DNA from: Octopus vulgaris
Lineage: Eukaryota
DNA length: 64,000 nucleotides
NCBI GenBank assembly: GCA_951406725.2
Contig: OX597814.1
Coordinates: forward strand, 216,132,001-216,196,000
Reading direction: 5' to 3'
Position 1 is the first letter of the stretch. Every line of letters starts with the position of its first letter. The translations under genes and the position numbers were made by a program. Below are positions 35,391-64,000 of the stretch, piece by piece. Below the pieces are notes generated by a model, which was not told the DNA's origin, did not search any database, and saw only the letters and a program-made list of their open reading frames with translations.

Positions 35391-35678
35391 CAATTGCAGC
35401 GTGGGAGGTGTTTATAAGCCATTTAAGAAACACACAAAAGCCGTTCGATTCACTCCAACATTTAAGTTTAATTTGTCAAAATATTTTCGTCGCTAAAATC
35501 CGCGACCTGATTTTAGCGACGAAAATATTTTGACAAATTAAACTTAAATGTTGGAGTGAATCGAACGGCTTTTGTGTGTTTCTTAAATGGCTTATAAACA
35601 CCTCCCACGCTGCAATTGTTTTCGTTTCAGCACACGATCTCAGATCAAATTACTTGCTATGCGAGTACATCTCCGTAA
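35391..35678. repeat. 110-bp perfect inverted repeat with 8-bp spacer (Penelope-LTR-like) plus 60-bp tail
   Basis: Arms 35391-35500 / 35509-35618; includes GTCGC-GGATTTTA-GCGAC-GAAA (hammerhead stem II-like) on the minus strand. Confidence 0.75.
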
Positions 35679-35687
35679 TAAATATAT

Positions 35688-35806
<119 letters not shown>

Positions 35807-35922
35807 TATATATATATATAAATAAATATATAAATAAATATTTAAATAAATATATATATAAATATATAAATAAATATATATATAAATATATAAATAAATA
35901 TATATATATATATATATATATA

Positions 35923-36085
<163 letters not shown>

Positions 36086-36106
36086 TATATATATACATAT
36101 AAATAA

Positions 36107-36138
<32 letters not shown>

Positions 36139-36140
36139 AT

Positions 36141-39100
36141 CGATACTCCTACTGAACATCAGAGGACTGCAAACACTCAGTAACAGGACAAAGATCCCGT
36201 TCCTGAGAGACTTTGTTGCATGCAATCAAGCCTTATGCATAGCACTTACAGAAACGCACCTGAAACCGGACATAGCAGATGCGGAGTTACACATACCACA
36301 GTATGCTGTACTACGGACCGACAGGAAAGAAAGGAGTCATGGAGGTGTTGCTATGTACATCCGTGAGGACCTCACACCCCAGGTCCTCTTGTCATACTCA
36401 AACTCGGTGTGTGACACACTAATTGTACATATTAGGCAACTTGATGTAGTTGTGTGTGCTACATATCGCCCTCCAGATGCCCCAAGCCATGTGGGCAAGT
36501 TCGAAGACTGCCTTATAAAAATAGAAGAAATTCTAACCACATTAGAACAACACATAGGTGTGCTTCTTATGGGAGACTTCAATCTGCCCAATGTCAGATG
36601 GCCCGAGGGCCTTTCTCTCCCAGGAATGACAAGATGTGAACGAGGACAGGCGAGGTCCCTCCTGAACCTCATCAACACCCTGTACATGGAGCAGGTAATA
36701 CTCCAACCAACCAGGGCAGGTAACACACTGGATCTCTGCTTCACAAATGACATGGATCTCATCCATAATGTGAAAGTGACACCGACACTACTCTCGGATC
36801 ACAACATGATAGAGCTGACCATGTACGGGCCAAAAGAGAGCACGGACATACAGCCTACAAGAAACCCTCAAAATCTTTCCAGCTTGAACTACCATAAGGC
36901 AAACTGGAAACAAATTGAGAAAGAGATCCTCAAACAAAACTGGCCTGAATGTCTCTCCTCGCCAGACATCGACGTGAAACTTCAACAATTCATGTCTGTA
37001 ATGCAAGCCATATGCTACAAATGTGTCCCAGAGAGAAAGGCCACTGTACACAAGAACAAAATCCCCAGAGAGAGGAAAATTTTAATGAGACGGCGTACGA
37101 AATTTTCAAATCGCCTAAACAAACAGATTGAAAGCAGTGAAAAGTCCCGCCTAAAAATAAAACTGTTGGAAATCGAAAAATGTCTGCAACTCTCCCATGA
37201 AAAAGAAAGAGCAGACAAAGAAGCCTGGGCTATAGAAAACATAAAATCTAACCCCAGAGCTTTCTACAGGTATGCCAAAGAAACAGCTACAGTGCACTGT
37301 AGAATAGGGCCACTCCTTGAAAAGGATGGCACACTTACAGGAAAACCAATGAGGGTAAGTGAAATACTGAATGAGCAATTCAAGAGTGTTTTCACTCCAC
37401 CCCTTGGGCATCTCCAAATCACCAATCCAACTGACTTTTTTACCACTGCAGATATAAAATCAGAGGCGGCGACGATAGATTACATCGATATAAAGGAAGA
37501 CGATGTAACGAAGGCTATAGATGAAATGAAAACAGACTCAGCTACTGGCCCCGATGGATTCCCGGCAATCCTCCTAAAAGCATGTAAGAGAGTCCTAGCA
37601 AGACCACTGCAGTTCCTCTTTCAGAGCTTCCTTGCAGCTGGCAAACTTCCAGGAAAACTGAAGGAAGGTAAAATATGCCCCATTCATAAAGGAGGTAGCA
37701 GAGCGGAAGCCAAGAACTATAGACCTATCTCTCTGACCTCACACATCAGCAAGGTCATGGAACGAATAGCCAGAAGGAAGCTGATCACCTTCCTTGAAGA
37801 GAATGACTTGCTGCCCGACACCCAACATGGTTTCCGACCAGGGAGAAGCTGTTTAACTCAGCTCCTACAACACTATGACTGGGTGCTGAAACGGCTGCTC
37901 AACCACTCAAATGTGGAAGTGATATATCTCGACTTTGCAAAGGCCTTTGATAAAGTCGATCATGGAATGATATGTCACAAACTGCGTGATCTCAACATAG
38001 TTGGAAAACTGGGAGAATGGCTTCATGACTTTCTGAAGGATAGAAGTCAGGTGGTAGTATCCAATGGGGCCACCTCCATTAACACACAAATAGTGAGCGG
38101 TGTTCCGCAGGGCACTGTTCTGGGACCACTACTGTTCATAATGGCCCTCTCAGACATGCCCTCAGCCACGCAGAGAGCCACGATCACAAGTTATGCAGAT
38201 GATACAAAAGTCTCACAACAATACAGAACCCTGAGGACACTAAACACCTGCAATGTGAGCTGGACGAAATATACAAGTGGGCTGAAAAGAATAGCATGCA
38301 GTTCAATGCTGGAAAGTTTCAAGCTTTATACTATCAGCATGCAAAACTGAATGCAATACCCAATGAATACACTGGACCCGGAGGGATTGCAATCCCAGAG
38401 GCACAATCAGTGCGTGACCTGGGTATTCACACGAGTGATGACGCGACCTTTCATGTACATGTTGCTAAACTGACAATGAAATGTAGACGGCTGGCTGGAT
38501 GGATTCTTAGAACCTTTAGAACAAGAGAACAAGAAACCATGATGGTCCTCTGGAAGACACTTGTCCTAAGTCACTTTGACTATTGCTCTCAGCTATGGTC
38601 ACCATCCAGTGTCAAGTTGATCACAGAACTTGAGGTGATACAACGAAGCTACACAAAGAAGATAGCCTCTATGCAGAATGTAAGCTAGTGGGAAAGACTC
38701 AAGAGATTAAAATTATATTCCCTGGAGCGTAGGCGGGAAAGACATGCCATAATATACATCTGGAAGATCCTGGAGGGAAGTGTCCTGAACTTTGGCATCG
38801 AGAGTTACGCAAATGCCAGAACTGGGCGCCACTGCGTGGTGCCTAGGACTCCAAACCTGCCATCAAGATGTAGGACAAGATTCTGTGATAGCCTGGGCTT
38901 CCGAGGCCCACAGCTCTTCAATATCCTCCCGAAGAACCTGAGAGACCTGCATGGGGTGGATACAGATGTCTTTAAAATGAAGCTGGATCTCTTCCTGTCA
39001 GGTGTCCCAGATAAACCAACTTCACGGCAGGAGGGGCAGATGAGGGCAGCTGCATCGAACTCTCTCATGCACCAAATAGCAGTTGCTAGAAAGCCTCCAT

Positions 39101-39203
39101 GAAGTGAAACCAAGTAGCAACACCAAATGGCGGTGCCCCAGCATGGCCACAGCTCATAAGCTGAAACTAGAATCAATCAATCAATCAATCGAATCAATCA
39201 ATC
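36141..39203 (+). mobile_element. CR1-like LINE copy A (APE endonuclease + RT), inactivated
   Basis: LTETHL, YRPP, GDFN, LDL, SDH endonuclease motifs; YADD; 1-nt frameshift near 38218 and TAG at 38686-38688. Confidence 0.95.
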
Positions 39204-39215
39204 ATATATATATAA

Positions 39216-39266
<51 letters not shown>

Positions 39267-39297
39267 TATATATATAAATATATATATATTTATATAT

Positions 39298-40799
<1,502 letters not shown>

Positions 40800-40867
40800 T
40801 ATATATATATAAATAAATATATATATATATATATATATATAATATAAATATATATATATAAATAAAT

Positions 40868-40914
<47 letters not shown>

Positions 40915-40926
40915 TATATATATATA

Positions 40927-40971
<45 letters not shown>

Positions 40972-41070
40972 TATATATATAAATATATATATATATAAAT
41001 AAATATATATATATATATATATATAAATATATATATATAAATATATATATATAAATAAATATATATATAT

Positions 41071-41182
<112 letters not shown>

Positions 41183-41187
41183 AATAA

Positions 41188-41224
<37 letters not shown>

Positions 41225-41227
41225 AAT

Positions 41228-41326
<99 letters not shown>

Positions 41327-41327
41327 T

Positions 41328-42559
<1,232 letters not shown>

Positions 42560-42587
42560 AATATATATATATAATATAAATATATAT

Positions 42588-42642
<55 letters not shown>

Positions 42643-42647
42643 AATAT

Positions 42648-43323
<676 letters not shown>

Positions 43324-43324
43324 T

Positions 43325-44544
<1,220 letters not shown>

Positions 44545-44606
44545 TATATATAAATATAAATATATATATATAAATATATATATAAATATATATAAATATA
44601 TATATA

Positions 44607-47600
44607 TTTGGAAGTGGAACCGCAAAGGATGGAACCAAACAGTGCACACGGGTGTGTATGTTCTACCTGAGAGGTTCCTGCTGGCATGGAAAGGAAGGTG
44701 CAGGCTGCCGCTTTGCACATCGGGGACCCTGCCACAGAGACACGAGGCAGATGGACAAACCATCAACACAAAGAAAAGGGATGGACCACGCACCACCTGC
44801 CCCAAAGCGGAGGTACGCAGATGTTGTGCGCGCCACAAACAGCCAACATGATGTTGTCGAAAGAGCAGCTGCTGAGCAACAATCTTTTTTGTGCATGGCA
44901 CAAAAGATTGTACAGCAGCTGACCTGGCTTCATCAAACCCAAGCCCGCAGGTGGGACTACCCACTATATACCAGACCACCACAGCAAACAGACACAGGAT
45001 GGACACCGCCGGCAACAACGTACACCTCACCTCGATACTCCTACTAAACATCAGAGGACTGCAAACACTCAGTAACAGGACAAAGATCCCGTTCCTGAGA
45101 GACTTTGTTGCATGCAATCAAGCCTTATGCATAGCACTTACAGAAACGCACCTGAAACCGGACATAGCAGATGCGGAGTTACACATACCACAGTATGCTG
45201 TACTACGGACCGACAGGAAAGAAAGGAGTCATGGAGGTGTTGCTATGTACATCCGTGAGGACCTCACACCCCAGGTCCTCTTGTCATACTCAAACTCGGT
45301 GTGTGACACACTAATTGTACATATTAGGCAACTTGATGTAGTTGTGTGTGCTACATATCGCCCTCCAGATGCCCCAAGCCATGTGGGCAAGTTCGAAGAC
45401 TGCCTTATAAAAATAGAAGAAATTCTAACCACATTAGAACAACACATAGGTGTGCTTCTTATGGGAGACTTCAATCTGCCCAATGTCAGATGGCCCGAGG
45501 GCCTTTCTCTCCCAGGAATGACAAGATGTGAACGAGGACAGGCGAGGTCCCTCCTGAACCTCATCAACACCCTGTACATGGAGCAGGTAATACTCCAACC
45601 AACCAGGGCAGGTAACACACTGGATCTCTGCTTCACAAATGACATGGATCTCATCCATAATGTGAAAGTGACACCGACACTACTCTCGGATCACAACATG
45701 ATAGAGCTGACCATGTACGGGCCAAAAGAGAGCACGGACATGCAGCCTACAAGAAACCCTCAAAATCTTTCCAGCTTGAACTACCATAAGGCAAACTGGA
45801 AACAAATTGAGAAAGAGATCCTCAAACAAAACTGGCCTGAATGTCTCTCCTCGCCAGACATCGACGTGAAACTTCAACAATTCATGTCTGTAATGCAAGC
45901 CATATGCTACAAATGTGTCCCAGAGAGAAAGGCCACTGTACACAAGAACAAAATCCCCAGAGAGAGGAAAATTTTAATGAGACGGCGTACGAAATTTTCA
46001 AATCGCCTAAACAAACAGATTGAAAGCAGTGAAAAGTCCCGCCTAAAAATAAAACTGTTGGAAATCGAAAAATGTCTGCAACTCTCCCATGAAAAAGAAA
46101 GAGCAGACAAAGAAGCCTGGGCTATAGAAAACATAAAATCTAACCCCAGAGCTTTCTACAGGTATGCCAAAGAAACAGCTACAGTGCACTGTAGAATAGG
46201 GCCACTCCTTGAAAAGGATGGCACACTTACAGGAAAACCAATGAGGGTAAGTGAAATACTGAATGAGCAATTCAAGAGTGTTTTCACTCCACCCCTTGGG
46301 CATCTCCAAATCACCAATCCAACTGACTTTTTTACCACTGCAGATATAAAATCAGAGGCGGCGACGATAGATTACATCGATATAAAGGAAGACGATGTAA
46401 CGAAGGCTATAGATGAAATGAAAACAGACTCAGCTACTGGCCCCGATGGATTCCCGGCAATCCTCCTAAAAGCATGTAAGAGAGTCCTAGCAAGACCACT
46501 GCAGTTCCTCTTTCAGAGCTTCCTTGCAGCTGGCAAACTTCCAGGAAAACTGAAGGAAGGTAAAATATGCCCCATTCATAAAGGAGGTAGCAGAGCGGAA
46601 GCCAAGAACTATAGACCTATCTCTCTGACCTCACACATCAGCAAGGTCATGGAACGAATAGCCAGAAGGAAGCTGATCACCTTCCTTGAAGAGAATGACT
46701 TGCTGCCCGACACCCAACATGGTTTCCGACCAGGGAGAAGCTGTTTAACTCAGCTCCTACAACACTATGACTGGGTGCTGAAACGGCTGCTCAACCACTC
46801 AAATGTGGAAGTGATATATCTCGACTTTGCAAAGGCCTTTGATAAAGTCGATCATGGAATGATATGTCACAAACTGCGTGATCTCAACATAGTTGGAAAA
46901 CTGGGAGAATGGCTTCATGACTTTCTGAAGGATAGAAGTCAGGTGGTAGTATCCAATGGGGCCACCTCCATTAACACACAAATAGTGAGCGGTGTTCCGC
47001 AGGGCACTGTTCTGGGACCACTACTGTTCATAATGGCCCTCTCAGACATGCCCTCAGCCACGCAGAGAGCCACGATCACAAGTTATGCAGATGATACAAA
47101 AGTCTCACAACAATACAGAACCCTGAGGACACTAAACACCTGCAATGTGAGCTGGACGAAATATACAAGTGGGCTGAAAAGAATAGCATGCAGTTCAATG
47201 CTGGAAAGTTTCAAGCTTTATACTATCAGCATGCAAAACTGAATGCAATACCCAATGAATACACTGGACCCGGAGGGATTGCAATCCCAGAGGCACAATC
47301 AGTGCGTGACCTGGGTATTCACACGAGTGATGACGCGACCTTTCATGTACATGTTGCTAAACTGACAATGAAATGTAGACGGCTGGCTGGATGGATTCTT
47401 AGAACCTTTAGAACAAGAGAACAAGAAACCATGATGGTCCTCTGGAAGACACTTGTCCTAAGTCACTTTGACTATTGCTCTCAGCTATGGTCACCATCCA
47501 GTGTCAAGTTGATCACAGAACTTGAGGTGATACAACGAAGCTACACAAAGAAGATAGCCTCTATGCAGAATGTAAGCTAGTGGGAAAGACTCAAGAGATT

Positions 47601-48095
47601 AAAATTATATTCCCTGGAGCGTAGGCGGGAAAGACATGCCATAATATACATCTGGAAGATCCTGGAGGGAAGTGTCCTGAACTTTGGCATCGAGAGTTAC
47701 GCAAATGCCAGAACTGGGCGCCACTGCGTGGTGCCTAGGACTCCAAACCTGCCATCAAGATGTAGGACAAGATTCTGTGATAGCCTGGGCTTCCGAGGCC
47801 CACAGCTCTTCAATATCCTCCCGAAGAACCTGAGAGACCTGCATGGGGTGGATACAGATGTCTTTAAAATGAAGCTGGATCTCTTCCTGTCAGGTGTCCC
47901 AGATAAACCAACTTCACGGCAGGAGGGGCAGATGAGGGCAGCTGCATCGAACTCTCTCATGCACCAAATAGCAGTTGCTAGAAAGCCTCCATGAAGTGAA
48001 ACCAAGTAGCAACACCAAATGGCGGTGCCCCAGCATGGCCACAGCTCATAAGCTGAAACTAGAATCAATCAATCAATCAATCGAATCAATCAATC
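44607..48095 (+). mobile_element. CR1-like LINE middle copy (ORF1 C-terminus with CCCH finger + ORF2), chimeric and inactivated
   Basis: [22 protein letters not shown]; 783-aa EN-RT ORF; same frameshift and TAG (47578-47580) as copy A. Confidence 0.95.
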
Positions 48096-48107
48096 ATATA
48101 TATATAA

Positions 48108-48176
<69 letters not shown>

Positions 48177-48207
48177 TATATATATAAATATATATATATT
48201 TATATAT

Positions 48208-49658
<1,451 letters not shown>

Positions 49659-49661
49659 TAT

Positions 49662-49732
<71 letters not shown>

Positions 49733-49803
49733 TATATATATATAAATAAATATATATATATAAATAAATATATATATATATAAATAAATATATATATATA
49801 TAA

Positions 49804-49895
<92 letters not shown>

Positions 49896-49982
49896 AATAT
49901 ATATATATATAAATATATATATAAATAAATATATATATATATAAATAAATATATATATAAATAAATATATATATATATAATA

Positions 49983-50104
<122 letters not shown>

Positions 50105-50105
50105 A

Positions 50106-50248
<143 letters not shown>

Positions 50249-50249
50249 T

Positions 50250-51459
<1,210 letters not shown>

Positions 51460-51589
51460 TATATATAAATATATATATATATAATATATATATATAAATA
51501 AATATATATATATATAAATAAATATATATATATATATAATAAATATATATATAAATATATATATATATAATATATATATATAAATAAAT

Positions 51590-51636
<47 letters not shown>

Positions 51637-51667
51637 TATATATATAAATAAATATATATATATATAA

Positions 51668-51708
<41 letters not shown>

Positions 51709-51715
51709 TATATAT

Positions 51716-51801
<86 letters not shown>

Positions 51802-51822
51802 ATATATATATATATATTTATT

Positions 51823-51930
<108 letters not shown>

Positions 51931-52048
51931 AATAAATATATATATAAATATATATATATATAAATATATATATATAAATAAATATATATATATAAATAAA
52001 TATATATATATATATAATAAATATATATATAAATATATATATATAAAT

Positions 52049-52079
<31 letters not shown>

Positions 52080-52080
52080 A

Positions 52081-52123
<43 letters not shown>

Positions 52124-52164
52124 TATATATATATAAATAAATATATATATATATATATAAATAA

Positions 52165-52259
<95 letters not shown>

Positions 52260-52279
52260 ATATATATATATATATATAA

Positions 52280-52333
52280 TTTTTAGGAAAGCATATATAT
52301 ATATATATATATATATATGATTATATATATATT

Positions 52334-52390
<57 letters not shown>

Positions 52391-52900
52391 TTTATATATA
52401 TAAATTTTCCTCGAATGAGGCTTTTACATGCCGAAGACTACTTGGTGTAATTGAAGTAATTATTCCAAATTAATTAATTTCACCCTTCATTATTACGGAT
52501 AACCATATTTTATCTCAGTAGATGACCACAGCATCTTGTTTTGGCTACACGCGGGTGGGAAGGGGCTGGTGACACAATCTTTTCATTGACACTTTGAGTT
52601 TGGTGATACTAGTTGCGGATTCTAGCTCGCTCTGATACTGAGTTGAGTTGGTGCCTTCTAGTATCTCAAAATTCAATATATAATCATTTATGATTATAGT
52701 ATTCTACGCTGAAGAGAAAAGAAGTTTGGGTAAGGTAGAATTATTTAATATTTAATTCTTATGCTTTCCTAAAAACTTGATTTCGAAATGTGCGTCCGTA
52801 GATAACTTAAAATTGTATGATAGATTGCCGTCAATTCATTCTCTCTTACCTGTTTGTGTCTGCTTTCCAATTGCTGTGTTTTTACTGAGATCATCCCTTT
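52280..52900. repeat. Same module, copy 4 (partial, interleaved with TA; possibly poor consensus)
   Basis: Fragments TTTTAGGAAAGCAT and AAACCCTTTA embedded in TA, then segments C-A-partial B. Confidence 0.75.
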
Positions 52901-52946
52901 TTATATATAAATATATATATATATATTATATATATATTTATATATT

Positions 52947-53112
<166 letters not shown>

Positions 53113-53174
53113 TATATATAAATATAAATATATATATATAAATATATATATAAATATATATAAATATATATATA

Positions 53175-56100
53175 TTTGGAAGTGGAACCGCAAAGGATGG
53201 AACCAAACAGTGCACACGGGTGTGTATGTTCTACCTGAGAGGTTCCTGCTGGCATGGAAAGGAAGGTGCAGGCTGCCGCTTTGCACATCGGGGACCCTGC
53301 CACAGAGACACGAGGCAGATGGACAAACCATCAACACAAAGAAAAGGGATGGACCACGCACCACCTGCCCCAAAGCGGAGGTACGCAGATGTTGTGCGCG
53401 CCACAAACAGCCAACATGATGTTGTCGAAAGAGCAGCTGCTGAGCAACAATCTTTTTGTGCATGGCACAAAAGATTGTACAGCAGCTGACCTGGCTTCAT
53501 CAAACCCAAGCCCGCAGGTGGGACTACCCACTATATACCAGACCACCACAGCAAACAGACACAGGATGGACACCGCCGGCAACAACGTACACCTCACCTC
53601 GATACTCCTACTAAACATCAGAGGACTGCAAACACTCAGTAACAGGACAAAGATCCCGTTCCTGAGAGACTTTGTTGCATGCAATCAAGCCTTATGCATA
53701 GCACTTACAGAAACGCACCTGAAACCGGACATAGCAGATGCGGAGTTACACATACCACAGTATGCTGTACTACGGACCGACAGGAAAGAAAGGAGTCATG
53801 GAGGTGTTGCTATGTACATCCGTGAGGACCTCACACCCCAGGTCCTCTTGTCATACTCAAACTCGGTGTGTGACACACTAATTGTACATATTAGGCAACT
53901 TGATGTAGTTGTGTGTGCTACATATCGCCCTCCAGATGCCCCAAGCCATGTGGGCAAGTTCGAAGACTGCCTTATAAAAATAGAAGAAATTCTAACCACA
54001 TTAGAACAACACATAGGTGTGCTTCTTATGGGAGACTTCAATCTGCCCAATGTCAGATGGCCCGAGGGCCTTTCTCTCCCAGGAATGACAAGATGTGAAC
54101 GAGGACAGGCGAGGTCCCTCCTGAACCTCATCAACACCCTGTACATGGAGCAGGTAATACTCCAACCAACCAGGGCAGGTAACACACTGGATCTCTGCTT
54201 CACAAATGACATGGATCTCATCCATAATGTGAAAGTGACACCGACACTACTCTCGGATCACAACATGATAGAGCTGACCATGTACGGGCCAAAAGAGAGC
54301 ACGGACATGCAGCCTACAAGAAACCCTCAAAATCTTTCCAGCTTGAACTACCATAAGGCAAACTGGAAACAAATTGAGAAAGAGATCCTCAAACAAAACT
54401 GGCCTGAATGTCTCTCCTCGCCAGACATCGACGTGAAACTTCAATAATTCATGTCTGTAATGCAAGCCATATGCTACAAATGTGTCCCAGAGAGAAAGGC
54501 CACTGTACACAAGAACAAAATCCCCAGAGAGAGGAAAATTTTAATGAGACGGCGTACGAAATTTTCAAATCGCCTAAACAAACAGATTGAAAGCAGTGAA
54601 AAGTCCCGCCTAAAAATAAAACTGTTGGAAATCGAAAAATGTCTGCAACTCTCCCATGAAAAAGAAAGAGCAGACAAAGAAGCCTGGGCTATAGAAAACA
54701 TAAAATCTAACCCCAGAGCTTTCTACAGGTATGCCAAAGAAACAGCTACGGTGCACTGTAGAATAGGGCCACTCCTTGAAAAGGATGGCACACTTACAGG
54801 AAAACCAATGAGGGTAAGTGAAATACTGAATGAGCAATTCAAGAGTGTTTTCACTCCACCCCTTGGGCATCTCCAAATCACCAATCCAACTGACTTTTTT
54901 ACCACTGCAGATATAAAATCAGAGGCGGCGACGATAGATTACATCGATATAAAGGAAGACGATGTAACGAAGGCTATAGATGAAATGAAAACAGACTCAG
55001 CTACTGGCCCCGATGGATTCCCGGCAATCCTCCTAAAAGCATGTAAGAGAGTCCTAGCAAGACCACTGCAGTTCCTCTTTCAGAGCTTCCTTGCAGCTGG
55101 CAAACTTCCAGGAAAACTGAAGGAAGGTAAAATATGCCCCATTCATAAAGGAGGTAGCAGAGCGGAAGCCAAGAACTATAGACCTATCTCTCTGACCTCA
55201 CACATCAGCAAGGTCATGGAACGAATAGTCAGAAGGAAGCTGATCACCTTCCTTGAAGAGAATGACTTGCTGCCCGACACCCAACATGGTTTCCGACCAG
55301 GGAGAAGCTGTTTAACTCAGCTCCTACAACACTATGACTGGGTGCTGAAACGGCTGCTCAACCACTCAAATGTGGAAGTGATATATCTCGACTTTGCAAA
55401 GGCCTTTGATAAAGTCGATCATGGAATGATATGTCACAAACTGCGTGATCTCAACATAGTTGGAAAACTGGGAGAATGGCTTCATGACTTTCTGAAGGAT
55501 AGAAGTCAGGTGGTAGCAGCCAATGGGGCCACCTCCATTAACACACAAATAGTGAGCGGTGTTCCGCAGGGCACTGTTCTGGGACCACTACTGTTCATAA
55601 TGGCCCTCTCAGACATGCCCTCAGCCACGCAGAGAGCCACGATCACAAGTTATGCAGATGATACAAAAGTTTCACAGGCAATACAGAACCCTGAGGACAC
55701 TAAACACCTGCAATGTGAGCTGGACGAAATATACAAGTGGGCTGAAAAGAATAGCATGCAGTTCAATGCTGGAAAGTTTCAAGCTTTATACTATCAGCAT
55801 GCAAAACTGAATGCAATACCCAATGAATACACTGGACCCGGAGGGATTGCAATCCCAGAGGCACAATCAGTGCATGACCTGGGTATTCACATGAGTGATG
55901 ACGCGACCTTTCATGTACATGTTGCTAAACTGACAATGAAATGTAGACGGTTGGCTGGATGGATTCTTAGAACCTTTAGAACAAGAGAACAAGAAACCAT
56001 GATGGTCCTCTGGAAGACACTTGTCCTAAGCCACTTTGACTATTGCTCTCAGCTATGGTCACCATCCAGTGTCAAGTTGATCACAGAACTTGAGGCGATA

Positions 56101-56658
56101 CAACGAAGCTACACAAAGAAGATAGCCTCTATGCAGAATGTAAGCTACTGGGAAAGACTCAAGAGATTAAAATTATATTCCCTGGAGCGTAGGCGGGAAA
56201 GATATGCCATAATATACATCTGGAAGATCCTGGAGGGAAGTGTCCTGAACTTTGGCATCGAGAGTTACGCAAATGCCAGAACTGGGCGCCACTGCGTGGT
56301 GCCTAGGACTCCAAACCTGCCATCAAGATGTAGGACAAGATTCTGTGATAGCCTGGGCTTCCGAGGCCCACAGCTCTTCAATATCCTCCCGAAGAACCTG
56401 AGAGACCTGCATGGGGTGGATACAGATGTCTTTAAAATGAAGCTGGATCTCTTCCTGTCAGGTGTCCCAGATGAACCAACTTCATGGCAGGAGGGGCAGA
56501 TGAGGGCAGCTGCATCGAACTCTCTCATGCACCAAATAGCAGTTGCTAGAAAGCCTCCATGAAGTGAAACCAAGTAGCAACACCAAATGGCGGTGCCCCA
56601 GCATGGCCACAGTTCATAAGCTGAAACTAGAATCAATCAATCAATCAATCAATCAATC
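53175..56658 (+). mobile_element. CR1-like LINE copy B, ORF2 interrupted only by one stop codon
   Basis: ORFs 53254-54447 and 54451-56562 are in one frame, separated by TAA at 54445-54447 (CAA in the other copies). Confidence 0.95.
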
Positions 56659-56686
56659 ATATATATAAATATATATAAATATATAT

Positions 56687-56913
<227 letters not shown>

Positions 56914-56920
56914 TAAATAT

Positions 56921-56978
<58 letters not shown>

Positions 56979-56997
56979 AATATATATATATATATAA

Positions 56998-57046
<49 letters not shown>

Positions 57047-57047
<1 letters not shown>

Positions 57048-57827
57048 TTTGATACTTTGATACTTTGATAGGTTTCGGCCATTATTGGCCCAGGCCATGT
57101 CTAACTTAATAGCACCACCTGGTGAAGTCTTTCAAGTCAGAATTTGGGCACTATGGCCCACTCAAGTAGAGAGTTATTGTTTACAGAGACATATCTGGGT
57201 GTAGGGGGTTTATCCGGGATTTCTTGAAGGAATCTGTCCAAAGACTTCTTGAACCCTATAGGGTCAGTTTCTGTTTTAATGTGTTTTGGTGTAATGTTAA
57301 AGAGAGCGGGGCCAATTGAGGTGAAATAATTGTGCCGTATTGTTGTTATGAGATGAGAGTGCGATTTTTGTTTTGGGCGGATGGCACGGGGCCCAAGCCT
57401 TGGATGTACCTTAAAGGTGATGCCAACATCATTTGGGCAATGCTGATGGAATATTTTCCACATCATGCAGATGATGTAGCGCTCACGACGACGTTGGAGA
57501 GAATAGAGTTTTAGCTTTTCTAGTCGACCCCAATAGTCGAGGCCTGTCATGCCATCTATCTTTTTTGTGATTGCCCTTTGAGGTGCTTCGACTTTTTTGA
57601 TACCTTGTATTGTGTGGGGAGACCACAGTGGACAACAGTATTCAAGGTGGGGTCGGGCAAAAGTGGAGAAGAGAAGGATAATGGTGTGGATATCTCTCGA
57701 CTGGAAAGTTCTGAGAATCCAGGAACACATTCTGCGGGCCATGTCAACTTTGGTGTTTATATGAGTGGCCCAGCTTACGTTGTTGTCCACAATTACTCCC
57801 AAGTCTCTGATGTTGATCCTGGAGGGA
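57047..57827 (-). mobile_element. CR1-like LINE 3' fragment, second family
   Basis: [11 protein letters not shown]...[13 protein letters not shown]...SLQRRRERY; (ATCAAAGT)n tail. Confidence 0.92.
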
Positions 57828-62402
<4,575 letters not shown>

Positions 62403-62414
62403 TATATAAATATA

Positions 62415-62596
62415 GTCCCAGATGAGTCCCAGATGAACCTACCTCACGGCAAGAGGTGCAAATGAGAGTAGCTGTATCAAACTCCATTCTTCACCAAGTG
62501 CCACATATTAGACGAGGTTCGTCGCAATAACAGTGTAGCACAAAACGGCGGTGCATCAGCATGGCCGCAGCTCTGAGCTGAAACTAGTAAAAAAAA
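62415..62596 (+). mobile_element. CR1-like extreme 3' fragment
   Basis: Same sequence as 26981-27140. Confidence 0.85.
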
Positions 62597-62671
62597 TATA
62601 TATATATATGTATAAATATATATATATATATATATATAAATATATATATATACATATATATATATATATTT

Positions 62672-64000
<1,329 letters not shown>

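Noticed and set aside
36337-39176. Antisense and alternate-frame ORFs within the LINEs (repeated in each copy)
   Set aside because: Shadow ORFs; they recur only because the copies are near-identical

Overview
AT-rich, repeat-dominated metazoan DNA. The SINE/LINE repertoire and extreme (TA)n content suggest an octopod cephalopod (inference, not verified). Two intact single-exon coding sequences are present: a 735-aa signal-peptide/multipass membrane protein of unknown family (5972-8179, +) and a mitochondrial sulfide:quinone oxidoreductase (SQOR, 28432-29757, -). Three small in-phase exons of a further minus-strand gene lie at 21274-22489. The rest is retroelement and transposon debris: tRNA-derived SINEs, RTE, Dong/R4-like elements in (TAA)n, HERO-like, Tx1/L1-like, Helitron-like, Tc1/mariner and MITE remnants, and Penelope-like palindromes carrying hammerhead ribozyme motifs. 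From about 27 kb to the end there is a dense nest of CR1-like LINEs inserted in (TA)n tracts. Main highlights: (i) apparent (TA)n targeting by several APE-type LINE subfamilies; (ii) a covarying 3' stem-loop shared by these LINEs and a SINE; (iii) an ~8.6-8.9 kb tandem duplication whose middle LINE is a chimera of the flanking ones (unequal crossover or assembly mis-join). All YIYI-type ORFs are microsatellite artefacts.
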